In this document: positions 8,904 through 17,832 of the stretch, piece after piece | How positions within the stretch are numbered: position 1 is the first letter of the stretch | Layout of the letters: each line of letters opens with the position of its first letter | Assembly (NCBI GenBank): GCA_047606835.1 | Contig: JASGDZ010000310.1 | Span: 1 to 44,522, forward strand | Length of the DNA stretch: 44,522 nucleotides | From: Microbacterium sp. | GTDB taxonomy: Bacteria; Actinomycetota; Actinomycetes; Actinomycetales; Microbacteriaceae | Reading direction: 5' to 3' | Translations under genes and position numbers: made by a program | The notes under the pieces: generated by a model | What the model was told of the DNA's origin: nothing | Seen by the model: the letters and a program-made list of their open reading frames with translations, nothing else | The model's database searches: none

Positions 8904-9875
8904 ATGAGGATCACCGGTGCCAGCGACACGACGGCATGGCCGGGCGCGCTGCAGGATGCAGTTTCTGACGACAGTCGGTTGCGCCGGTTCCTGCACAGCC
9001 TCCCCGGGGTCGACCCCGTCGGCCTGGAGTCGCGGACGGCGACGCTGGCCACCCGGTCGATCAAGAAGGCGTCGAAATTGCGCGCCTTGGACCTGGCCAT
9101 CTCCATGGTCGACCTGACGACACTGGAGGGGGCGGACACCGCCGGGAAGGTCCGCTCGCTGGCCGCGAAGGCGCGCCGCCCCGACCCGGAGTTCCTCGGC
9201 ACGCCCAACGTCGCGGCCGTCTGCGTCTACCCGGACATGGTTGCGACGGCCGTCGAGGAACTGCACGGCACGGGGATCGGCATCGCGTCGGTGGCCACAG
9301 CCTTCCCCGCCGGTCGCGCGTCACTGCGGATCAAGCTCGCCGATGTCGCGGACGCGATCGACGCGGGCGCGACCGAAGTGGACATGGTGATCGACCGGGG
9401 CGCGTTCCTATCCGGCAACTACGGCAAGGTGTTCGAGGAGATCGTCGCGGTCCGGCAGGCCTGCGGTGACACCCGACTGAAGGTCATCCTGGAGATCGGC
9501 GAACTGGGCACTTACGACAACGTCCGCCGAGCAAGCTGGCTGGCGCTGCTCGCGGGTGGCGACTTCGTCAAGACCTCCACCGGGAAGATCTCCCCGGCGG
9601 CGACCCTGCCCGTCACTCATGTTCTGCTCCAAGCGGTTCGCGACTTCTACGACGTCACCGGCATCCAGCGAGCGGTGAAACCGGCCGGCGGCATCCGCAC
9701 GGCGAAGGACGCCATCCGATACCTGGTGGCTGTGCGCGAGGTCGCGGGGCCACGCTGGCTGGATCCCCACTGGTTCAGATTCGGCGCGTCGAGCCTCCTC
9801 AACGACCTGGTGCTGCAGCGCCGCACCCAAACCCAGGGCCACTACAGCGGTCCGAACTACGTGACGGTGGACTGA
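8904..9875 (+). CDS. deoC: Deoxyribose-phosphate aldolase (long form)
   Basis: DLTTLEG, VCVYP, VDMVI, KVILE, FVKTSTG (Schiff-base Lys), KPAGGIR, FRFGASSLL. Confidence 0.95.
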   Translation: MRITGASDTTAWPGALQDAVSDDSRLRRFLHSLPGVDPVGLESRTATLATRSIKKASKLRALDLAISMVDLTTLEGADTAGKVRSLAAKARRPDPEFLGTPNVAAVCVYPDMVATAVEELHGTGIGIASVATAFPAGRASLRIKLADVADAIDAGATEVDMVIDRGAFLSGNYGKVFEEIVAVRQACGDTRLKVILEIGELGTYDNVRRASWLALLAGGDFVKTSTGKISPAATLPVTHVLLQAVRDFYDVTGIQRAVKPAGGIRTAKDAIRYLVAVREVAGPRWLDPHWFRFGASSLLNDLVLQRRTQTQGHYSGPNYVTVD

Positions 9876-11368
9876 TGGCGAAGACGAGAACCGCGGCGAC
9901 GACCCAGGCGGCACGGACTGATGCCGGGATCGACTGGGAGTACGCGCCGGCACTCGAGAGCGCGGCGATCGGTCGGATCAAGGACCGCTACCAGCTGTTC
10001 GTCGGCGGTGAGTTCGTCGACGGCCGCGGCACCGACCTGATCACCGTCAATCCGGCCACCGGCCGGCGGCTGGCCTCGGTCACGACGGCCACCGAGGCGG
10101 ATGTGGACACCGCGGTCGCCGTGGCACGCAAGGCTTTCGACGATGTGTGGTCGGTCATGCCAGGAGCCGAGCGGGGCAAGTACCTGTTCCGGATCGCCCG
10201 CGGCATCGCCGAGCGCGCGCGCGAACTGGCGGTGGTCGAGAGCCTGGACAACGGCAAGCCGATCCGCGAGTCCCGGGATGTCGACGTACCCACCGCGTCC
10301 GCGCACTTCTTCTACCATGCGGGTTGGGCCGACAAACTGGCGCATGCCGGCTACGGCCCGGACCCGAAGCCGCTGGGCGTCGCCGGCCAGGTCATCCCGT
10401 GGAACTTCCCACTGCTGATGGCGGCGTGGAAGATCGCCCCGGCGCTGGCCGCGGGGAACACGGTCGTCATAAAGCCCGCAGAGACCACGCCACTGTCGAT
10501 CCTGGTGCTCGCGGAGATCATCGCCGATGCCGGGCTGCCGCCCGGAGTGGTGAACATCCTGCCGGGTGACGGCGACGTCGGGGCGGCGCTGGTGAACCAT
10601 CCGGGCATCGACAAGGTCGCCTTCACCGGGTCCACCGAAGTCGGCCGCCGGATCCAGGCCGACCTGGCCGGCACGGGCCGCAGACTCACCCTGGAACTGG
10701 GCGGCAAGGCGGCGAACATCGTCTTCGACGATGCCCCGATCGATCAGGCCGTCGAGGGCATCGTCAACGGCATCTTCTTCAACCAGGGTCATGTCTGCTG
10801 CGCCGGAAGTCGTCTGCTGGTACAGGAGTCCGTGGCAGACGAGGTGATCGCGCGGCTCTACGACCGGATCGCCACCCTTCGGATCGGCGACCCGCTGGAC
10901 AAGAACACCGACATCGGCGCGATCAACTCCGCGGAGCAGCTCGACCGCATCCGGGCGCTCAGCGACGCCGGCGACGCCGAGGGTGCGGCGCGATGGACCT
11001 CTCCGTGTCCGGTCCCGGATGACGGGTTCTTCTTCCCGCCCACGGTGTTCACGAACGTCTCCCAGGCCATGCGCATCGCCCGAGAGGAGATTTTCGGGCC
11101 GGTGCTCTCGGTCCTCACCTTCCGCACCCCCGACGAGGCGATCGCCAAGGCCAACAACACGCCGTACGGCCTGTCGGCGGGGATCTGGACGGAGAAGGGC
11201 TCGCGCAGCTTCGGAATGGCCGATGCAATGCGGGCCGGGGTCGTCTGGGCGAACACCTTCAACCGATTCGACCCGACCGCCGCGTTCGGCGGCTACCAAG
11301 AGTCCGGCTTCGGGCGCGAGGGCGGTCGCTGCGGCCTGGCCGCCTACCTGGACACGGAGGACGAGTGA
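9875..11368 (+). CDS. Aldehyde dehydrogenase (full length)
   Basis: IPWNFP, FTGSTEVG, LELGGK (catalytic Glu), GHVCCAGSR (catalytic Cys), EEIFGP; TGATG overlap with deoC. Confidence 0.95.
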   Translation: MAKTRTAATTQAARTDAGIDWEYAPALESAAIGRIKDRYQLFVGGEFVDGRGTDLITVNPATGRRLASVTTATEADVDTAVAVARKAFDDVWSVMPGAERGKYLFRIARGIAERARELAVVESLDNGKPIRESRDVDVPTASAHFFYHAGWADKLAHAGYGPDPKPLGVAGQVIPWNFPLLMAAWKIAPALAAGNTVVIKPAETTPLSILVLAEIIADAGLPPGVVNILPGDGDVGAALVNHPGIDKVAFTGSTEVGRRIQADLAGTGRRLTLELGGKAANIVFDDAPIDQAVEGIVNGIFFNQGHVCCAGSRLLVQESVADEVIARLYDRIATLRIGDPLDKNTDIGAINSAEQLDRIRALSDAGDAEGAARWTSPCPVPDDGFFFPPTVFTNVSQAMRIAREEIFGPVLSVLTFRTPDEAIAKANNTPYGLSAGIWTEKGSRSFGMADAMRAGVVWANTFNRFDPTAAFGGYQESGFGREGGRCGLAAYLDTEDE

Positions 11369-12297
11369 GCATGTCCGTGGAATCCGCGAGCCCCCGGATC
11401 ACCGTGGCGAAGACCTACAAGCTGTTCGTCGGGGGCGTCTTCCCGCGCAGCGAGTCCGGCCGCACTTACCAGGTGACCGATGCCAAAGGCGCCTTCCAAG
11501 CCAATGCCGCGCTGGCATCCCGCAAGGACGCCCGTGATGCAGTGCTCGCCGCCCGCAGGGGCACCGCAGCCTGGTCGGCGTCCACAGCCTACAATCGCGG
11601 CCAGGTGATCTACCGGATCGCGGAGATGCTGGAAGGCCGCCGGGACCAGTTTTCCGCCCTCGTCGCTGCCGGTGAAGGCGTCCGGCCGGCGGTCGCGCAG
11701 CAGCAGGTCGACGCCGCCATCGACCTGCTGGTCCACTACGCCGGCTGGACCGACAAGCTGGCCGCCGTGTTCGGTAGCGCGAATCCTGTTGCGGGCCCCT
11801 ACTTCTCGTTCACCGTTCCGGAGCCGACCGGAGTCGTGGCCGCAGTCGCACCGCAGTATGACTCGCTAGCGGGCCTGGTCGGCGTGGTCGCGCCGATCAT
11901 CGCCTCGGGCAATGCCGTGGTGGTGCTCGCCTCGACGACCCGACCGCTGCCAGCCGTCACGCTCGGCGAGGTGCTGGCGACCTCCGATCTGCCAGCCGGA
12001 GTCGTCAACATCCTCACGGGTGAGGCGGCGGAGATCATGCCACACCTGGCTGCACACGGGGACGTCAACGCTCTGGACCTGACGGGGTGCGACGGGCAGT
12101 TGCGCACCGAACTGGCCACGGCCGCGTCAGGGACGATCAAGCGAGTGTACGTGCCTCGGGCGCCCGACGCTGCGCGCCCGGCAGTGCGGCGGACTGGGAC
12201 AGTCCCGGGGACCGCGCGGCTGCGGGCTTTCCTCGAGCACAAGACGGTCTGGCATCCGACGGGTGCTGTCTCGCTGGCCGGCGGCGGCAGCTACTGA
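11365..12297 (+). CDS. Truncated aldehyde dehydrogenase-like protein (NAD-binding-like domain only)
   Basis: 310 aa; KTYKLFVGGVFPRSESGR, HYAGWTDK, EPTGVV, LPAGVVNILTG, ends KTVWHP; no ELGGK or catalytic Cys domain. Confidence 0.88.
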   Translation: MSMSVESASPRITVAKTYKLFVGGVFPRSESGRTYQVTDAKGAFQANAALASRKDARDAVLAARRGTAAWSASTAYNRGQVIYRIAEMLEGRRDQFSALVAAGEGVRPAVAQQQVDAAIDLLVHYAGWTDKLAAVFGSANPVAGPYFSFTVPEPTGVVAAVAPQYDSLAGLVGVVAPIIASGNAVVVLASTTRPLPAVTLGEVLATSDLPAGVVNILTGEAAEIMPHLAAHGDVNALDLTGCDGQLRTELATAASGTIKRVYVPRAPDAARPAVRRTGTVPGTARLRAFLEHKTVWHPTGAVSLAGGGSY

Positions 12298-12349
12298 CCT
12301 GCCGGCGAAACGCTCCAGGCGTGCGCGTCCGGGCTCCGCCGAGGCCCGC

Positions 12350-12748
12350 TCACTGTCTATGCGCCTCAGCGGCGCGCACATCGGTGTGCGCGAAGTCGTC
12401 GCCGACGAAGAGCAGCGGCTCCCCCGTGACGACGGCAAGCGCGTAGGCGAAGCAGTCGCCGTAGTTGAGCCGCGCCGGATGCCCGCTCCCTCTTCCGTAG
12501 CGACGATATGCGTCTCGCGCGATGCGCGCCTGTTCGACGGTGACGGGTTCGACAGTGACCTCCGCGAGTGCCAGCAGCTCCTCGAACTCGTGCTGCATGA
12601 CGATCGAGCGGCTGTCGACGACGATGCCCGCCTCCACCCAGTTCGCGACGGACATCCGACACTGTTCCGACAGCAGAAGCTCGCTGCACTCCGCGGCCTG
12701 GGACTCGCCCTGAACGACGGCGATCAGCGCTGAGCTGTCGACGATCAT
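12350..12748 (-). CDS. vapC: VapC PIN-domain toxin
   Basis: MIVDSSALIA, HPARLNYGDCFAYALA, LLFVGDDFAHTD; ATGA overlap with the antitoxin gene. Confidence 0.95.
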   Translation of the reverse strand: MIVDSSALIAVVQGESQAAECSELLLSEQCRMSVANWVEAGIVVDSRSIVMQHEFEELLALAEVTVEPVTVEQARIARDAYRRYGRGSGHPARLNYGDCFAYALAVVTGEPLLFVGDDFAHTDVRAAEAHRQ

Positions 12749-13014
12749 CGCGGCAGTCCGGTTCGCTCGTCGTAGAGATCCTCCACACGGGCGACGCCCC
12801 GCGTGGGTTCCGTCTCCTCCCGCCGGAACCGCTCTCCGATCTCGCGCATGCGCTCCAGGCGGCGCTGCCGGTCCGCCGCGAGCGGATCCACCCCGCGAGC
12901 ACGCAAGAACAGTTCCAGCGCCTGCTCGATCGCGCTCACCTGGGACGTGCCGGCGAGTTGAGCGGCCTCACGTGCCAGCATGTGCACGCGATCGTTCTTG
13001 ATGTTGAGCGCCAT
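12745..13014 (-). CDS. vapB: VapB antitoxin (Rv0623-like)
   Basis: MALNIKN..V..LARE N-terminus and LYDERTGLPR C-terminus; directly upstream of vapC. Confidence 0.92.
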   Translation of the reverse strand: MALNIKNDRVHMLAREAAQLAGTSQVSAIEQALELFLRARGVDPLAADRQRRLERMREIGERFRREETEPTRGVARVEDLYDERTGLPR

Positions 13015-13051
13015 GGTGTAAAGATACCGCGTGATAATGGTGTACTACACC
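13013..13051 (-). promoter_or_regulatory. Putative leaderless vapBC promoter and autoregulatory operator
   Basis: TATCTT -10-like hexamer 6 nt before the ATG; palindrome GGTGTA-C-TACACC at 13039-13051 and a further GGTGTA at 13015-13020. Confidence 0.6.
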
Positions 13052-13152
13052 TTTTGCGGCAGCATCGCCCCGGCGAAGAACCGCTGGGCGACGGCCAGGC
13101 TCTCCGTGGTGACCTCGGCGCGAAGGCGATGCCGCCGCATCCGGATCGCCCC

Positions 13153-14253
13153 TCAGACCTCCACCGGCACGGCGGAGACCGTGCGGTCGATCGTGAACTG
13201 CCCGACGACGCGCGTGCCGTCGTAGAGCACGGCGGTCTGCCCCGGCGCGACGCCGTCGAGCGGCGCGTCGGGCCGCACCGTCACGATCCCGTCGGCGACG
13301 GCCGCCCGTGCGGGCACGGGGTCGGCGTGCGCGCGGATCTGCACGTCGCAGTCGAATTCGTCGGCTGTCGGCGGACGCCCGGCCCAGCTGAACCGCTCCC
13401 CCGCGATCTCGGCGATCGCCAGCGCCTCCTTCGGACCGACGACGACGGTGTTCGACGCGGGCCGCACCTCCAGCACGAAGCGCGGCTTGCCGTCGGCGGC
13501 GGGCACGCCAAGCCTCAGCCCGCGGCGCTGGCCCACGGTGAAGGCGTGCGCGCCCTCGTGCACCCCGACCACCGCGCCCGTGCGATCGATGACGTCGCCC
13601 GTCGCGGTGCCGACGCGCTCGGCGAGCCAGCCGCGCGTGTCGCCGTCGGGGATGAAGCAGATGTCGTGGCTGTCGGGCTTGTGCGCGACGGTGAGCCCGC
13701 GCGCCTCCGCCTCCGCGCGGACGAGAGCCTTCGACGGCGTCTCCCCGAGCGGGAACCACGTGTGCGCGAGCTGTTCGGCCGTGAGCACGCCGAGCACGTA
13801 GGACTGGTCCTTCGCGGCATCCGACGCACGGTGCAGCTCGATCGACCCGTCGGCCGCGGTGCGCACAGTCGCGTAGTGGCCGGTGCACACGGCGTCGAAG
13901 CCCAGCTCGAGGGCACGATCGAGCAGGGCCGCGAACTTGATCCGCTCGTTGCAGCGCATGCACGGGTTCGGCGTGCGCCCGGCGCGGTACTCGGCGACGA
14001 AATCGTCGATCACGTCGTCACGGAAGCGCTCGGAGAAGTCCCACACGTAGAACGGGATGCCGAGCCGGTCCGCCGCGCGGCGCGCGTCCATGGCGTCCTC
14101 GATGGTGCAGCAGCCGCGGCTGCCGGTGCGCAGCGTGCCGCCGGCGCGCGACAGCGCGAGGTGCACGCCGACGACGTCGTGCCCCGCCTCGACAGCGCGC
14201 GCGGCCGCGACGGCCGAGTCCACGCCGCCGCTCATCGCCGCCAGGATCCGCAT
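13153..14253 (-). CDS. mnmA: tRNA-specific 2-thiouridylase MnmA
   Basis: [52 protein letters not shown]; TAGACT 6 nt upstream suggests a leaderless start. Confidence 0.98.
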   Translation of the reverse strand: MRILAAMSGGVDSAVAAARAVEAGHDVVGVHLALSRAGGTLRTGSRGCCTIEDAMDARRAADRLGIPFYVWDFSERFRDDVIDDFVAEYRAGRTPNPCMRCNERIKFAALLDRALELGFDAVCTGHYATVRTAADGSIELHRASDAAKDQSYVLGVLTAEQLAHTWFPLGETPSKALVRAEAEARGLTVAHKPDSHDICFIPDGDTRGWLAERVGTATGDVIDRTGAVVGVHEGAHAFTVGQRRGLRLGVPAADGKPRFVLEVRPASNTVVVGPKEALAIAEIAGERFSWAGRPPTADEFDCDVQIRAHADPVPARAAVADGIVTVRPDAPLDGVAPGQTAVLYDGTRVVGQFTIDRTVSAVPVEV

Positions 14254-14289
14254 CGGACCAGTCTACGAGCGCCTCCGGCACGGCGGATC

Positions 14290-14453
14290 TCGATACACCG
14301 CCCGCTCCGCGGACGCCACTCGATCACCGGTCGATACACCGCCCGCTCCGCGGACGCCACTCGATCACCGGTCGACACACCGCCCGCTCCGCGGACGCCA
14401 CTCCATCACCGGTCGATACACCGCCCGCTCCGCGGACGGCACTCGATCACCGG
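14290..14453. repeat. Tandem array, 4 x 41 bp (TCGATACACCGCCCGCTCCGCGGACGCCACTCGATCACCGG)
   Basis: Units start at 14290, 14331, 14372, 14413; units 1 and 2 are identical, unit 3 has 2 substitutions and unit 4 has 1; no spacers. Confidence 0.95.
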
Positions 14454-15625
14454 TGGGTGGCGCCGGACGCGGCGCGCGCCCGCGCGACCGCGTCCGGCAG
14501 CGCGGCGAGCAGCGCGGCGACATCCGCCTGGGTCGTCGTGCGGCCGAGAGTCATCCGCAACACCTGACGCGCCTCGGCATCCGTGCGCCCCAGCGCGAGC
14601 ACGACGTGGGAGGGCTCGGGCACGCCCGCCTGGCAGGCCGATCCGGTCGAGACGGCGATTCCGGCCCGGTCGAGGAGGAACAGCAGCGTCTCGCCGCTCG
14701 CGCCGGGGAACAGCACGTGCGCGTTGCCCGGCAGGCGATCGACGGGGTCGCCCAGCAGCTCGGCACCCGGGACCGCCGCGAGCACCCCCCGCACGAGCTT
14801 CTCCCGCAGCGCCCGCAGCCGCCCCGACTCGGCGGCGAGCTCGGCGACGGCCAGCTCGGCCGCGACCGCGAACGCCGCCGCACCGGCGACGTCCTGCGTG
14901 CCCGAGCGCAGTCCGCGCTGCTGGCCGCCGCCGTGCGCCAGCGCCGTCATGCGTGCCGCGCGCGACACCACGAGCGCGCCGACCCCGATCGGCCCGCCCA
15001 CCTTGTGCGCCGACACGCTCAGCGCGACGAGCCCGCCGGCTCCGGCGGCATCCGCCCGCCAGCGTCCGAACGAGACCGGCACATGGCCGAACGCGGCCAC
15101 CGCATCCAGGTGCAGCGGGATGCCGGCATCCGCCGCCGCGGCGGCCAGCCCGGCCGCGTCGTCGACCGTCCCGACTTCGTTGTTCGCCACGAGCGCCGTC
15201 GCGAGGGCCGCGCCGGGGAGCGCGTCGGCGAAGACGGGCACCCGGATGCGGCCCACCGCGTCGAGCGGCACCGCGCGCACCGCCGCGCCCTCCTCGGATC
15301 GCAGCCACTCCACGGCGTCGAGCGTCGCGTGGTGCTCTCCGTCGGGCAGCACCACGGCCGAGCGGCCCGGCGAGCGCGCCCACCACAGTCCCTTCAGCGC
15401 GAGGTTGGCCGACTCCGTGCCCCCCGAGGTGAGCACGACCTCGACGGGGTCGCAGTCCAGCGCCGCCGCGAGGCGCTCCCGCGCGTCCTCCAGCACCCGA
15501 CGTGCGGCCTGCCCGGCGCCGTGGATCGACGACGCATTGCCCGCGACCTCGGACGCCGCGATCCAGGCGTCGCGCGCCTCGGGGCGCAGTGGTGCGGTCG
15601 CCGCGTGATCCAGATAGATCGTCAT
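14447..15625 (-). CDS. iscS: Cysteine desulfurase (IscS/NifS-like, class V aminotransferase)
   Basis: True start MTIYLDHAATAP at 15625; TSGGTESANLA, NNEVG, HLDAV, SAHKVGGP (PLP Lys), RSGT, STGSAC; adjacent to mnmA. Confidence 0.93.
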   Translation of the reverse strand: MTIYLDHAATAPLRPEARDAWIAASEVAGNASSIHGAGQAARRVLEDARERLAAALDCDPVEVVLTSGGTESANLALKGLWWARSPGRSAVVLPDGEHHATLDAVEWLRSEEGAAVRAVPLDAVGRIRVPVFADALPGAALATALVANNEVGTVDDAAGLAAAAADAGIPLHLDAVAAFGHVPVSFGRWRADAAGAGGLVALSVSAHKVGGPIGVGALVVSRAARMTALAHGGGQQRGLRSGTQDVAGAAAFAVAAELAVAELAAESGRLRALREKLVRGVLAAVPGAELLGDPVDRLPGNAHVLFPGASGETLLFLLDRAGIAVSTGSACQAGVPEPSHVVLALGRTDAEARQVLRMTLGRTTTQADVAALLAALPDAVARARAASGATHR

Positions 15626-15694
15626 CCGCCGCCCCCTTCGCCGCGCACCCCGCGTGTGCATTCGAGGGTGCGCGCCGGAACTACTGTAGAACGC

Positions 15695-17776
15695 ATGCCC
15701 ACCACCGAGACCGACGAGCGACTCGCACCCGGCCTGCTCTCTGCCGACCTCGACGATCTCGGCGTCCGCCTCGGACCCGGCGGCGGCACGCTGCGGGTCT
15801 GGTCCGCGAACGCCACGGCCGTGGAACTGGTGATCTTCGACGAGACCGACCTCGACTGGATCGTCGCCACCGTGCCGCTGGCGGAGGTCGCTGGCTCGGT
15901 GTGGGAGGGATCCACGCCGTTGCTCGCGCCGGGCGTGCGATACGCGATCCGCGTCTCGGGGCCGCAGGCCACCGGCAACACCTTCAACCCCCTCTCGCTT
16001 CTCGTCGAGCCCTACAGCCGCGGCCTCGCCCGCGGCGGCTACGAGGACTGGCGCTCGGTCGTCGTCGACGGCGCCTTCGACTGGGCCGGGGTGCGAAAGC
16101 CCGCGACCCCCCTCGATCGAACCGTCATCTACGAAGGTCACGTCAAGGGGATGACCAAGCGGCACCCCCTCGTCCCCCCCGCGCTGCACGGCACCTACGC
16201 GGGGCTCGCGCATCCCGCGATGATCGAACACCTGCTCGGGCTGGGCGTCACCGCCGTCGAGCTGCTGCCCGTGCACGCGTTCGTCACCGAGCCGCGACTG
16301 CTCCAGCACGGCCTCGCCAACTACTGGGGCTACAACACGCTCGCGTTCTTCGCCCCGCACGCCGCCTACGCGACCGAGGCCCACCGCCACGCCGGCGCCG
16401 AGGCCGTGCTGCGCGAGTTCAAGGGCATGGTCAAGCTCCTGCACGAGGCCGGTCTGGAGGTCATCCTCGACGTCGTCTACAACCACACGGCGGAGGAGGG
16501 CATCGGCGGGCCGCGCACGAGCCTGCGGGGCATCGACAACCGTTCGTACTACCGCCAGCGCGACGACGGCGCCTACATCGACGTGACCGGGTGCGGGAAC
16601 TCCGTGGACACGTCGGCGGATGCGGCCTCCCGCCTCGTGCTCGACTCGCTGCGCTACTGGGCGAACGACTGCCAGGTCGACGGGTTCCGGTTCGACCTGG
16701 CCACCACCCTCGGCCGCGACGGGTCGCACGCGTTCACTCCCGAGCATCCCCTGCTGCGGGCCATCGTCGAAGACCCCGCGCTGGCGGGTGTCAAGAAGAT
16801 CGCCGAGCCGTGGGACGTGGGACTGGGCGGATGGCAGACGGGGAACTTCGGCACGGGGTGGAGCGAGTGGAACGACCGCTACCGCGACCGCGTGCGCAAC
16901 TTCTGGCTGAGCGACGTCGACTACGCCCGCCGGGCGTCGAACGCGCCTGTGGGCATCGGCGGGTTCGCGACCCGCCTCGCGGGCTCGTCGAACACGTTCA
17001 GCGCCGAGCGCGGACCGCTCGCGAGCGTCAACTTCGTCACCGCCCACGACGGGTTCACGCTCAACGACCTCGTGTCGTACGACGTCAAGCACAACAACTC
17101 CAACGGCGAGCACAACCGCGACGGCGCCGACACGAACCGCTCCTTCAACCACGGCACGGAGGGACCGAGCGACGACCCCACGGTCCTCGCCACGCGCCGC
17201 AAGGCCATGCGCAACCTGCTGGGCACGCTCCTGCTCTCGGCGGGCGTGCCGATGCTGACGGCGGGCGACGAGTTCGCCCGCACGCAGCGCGGCAACAACA
17301 ACGCCTACTGCCACGACTCGCGGCTGACGTGGCTCGCGTGGGAGCACGAGCCGTGGCAGGAGGATCTCGCCGACCACGTGCGCACCCTCACGCGGCTGCG
17401 TCGGGAGAATCCCGCCCTGCGTCCCGCGCGCTTCGCCCACGAGGACGAGGTCGTGCCCAGCGCGTCGGTGATGGACTGGTACGACGAGCACGGCGAGACG
17501 ATGTCGATCGACCGGTGGACGAACCCCGCGCACCGCACGCTGCAGTACGTCGCGACCTCGACGCCGCAGGACGAGGCCGCCAACCGCGTGCTGCTCATGG
17601 TGCACGGCAACGAACAGCCCGTCGACGTCACGCTGCCCAGGATCGCGGGCGTGCGCCGCTACGTGTCGCTGTGGTCGAGCGCGGACGAGCACCCGGAGCA
17701 GGACGAGCGGGTCTATGCGCCCGGCGACGTCGTCCCGCTCCCCGGCACGTCCATGCACCTCTTCCGCGCCGAGTGA
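15695..17776 (+). CDS. glgX: Glycogen debranching enzyme GlgX (GH13)
   Basis: Start MPTTETD at 15695 (TACTGT 7 nt upstream); IYEGHVKG, NYWGYNT, DVVYNHT, DGFRFDLA, AEPWD, NFVTAHDGFTL, GNNNAYC. Confidence 0.96.
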   Translation: MPTTETDERLAPGLLSADLDDLGVRLGPGGGTLRVWSANATAVELVIFDETDLDWIVATVPLAEVAGSVWEGSTPLLAPGVRYAIRVSGPQATGNTFNPLSLLVEPYSRGLARGGYEDWRSVVVDGAFDWAGVRKPATPLDRTVIYEGHVKGMTKRHPLVPPALHGTYAGLAHPAMIEHLLGLGVTAVELLPVHAFVTEPRLLQHGLANYWGYNTLAFFAPHAAYATEAHRHAGAEAVLREFKGMVKLLHEAGLEVILDVVYNHTAEEGIGGPRTSLRGIDNRSYYRQRDDGAYIDVTGCGNSVDTSADAASRLVLDSLRYWANDCQVDGFRFDLATTLGRDGSHAFTPEHPLLRAIVEDPALAGVKKIAEPWDVGLGGWQTGNFGTGWSEWNDRYRDRVRNFWLSDVDYARRASNAPVGIGGFATRLAGSSNTFSAERGPLASVNFVTAHDGFTLNDLVSYDVKHNNSNGEHNRDGADTNRSFNHGTEGPSDDPTVLATRRKAMRNLLGTLLLSAGVPMLTAGDEFARTQRGNNNAYCHDSRLTWLAWEHEPWQEDLADHVRTLTRLRRENPALRPARFAHEDEVVPSASVMDWYDEHGETMSIDRWTNPAHRTLQYVATSTPQDEAANRVLLMVHGNEQPVDVTLPRIAGVRRYVSLWSSADEHPEQDERVYAPGDVVPLPGTSMHLFRAE

Positions 17777-17832
17777 CGCGTCGGGCACGTCTCTGGCGTG
17801 CCACCGAGGGTGCGGCACGGTAGGTTCAACTC

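Noticed and set aside
11365-12297. Second ALDH as a pseudogene
   Set aside because: Open frame, coupled start, clean loss of one domain and an intact C-terminal motif argue for a functional short subunit.
14290-14453. 41-bp repeats as a CRISPR array
   Set aside because: Units are head-to-tail with no unique spacers, and no cas genes are in the window.
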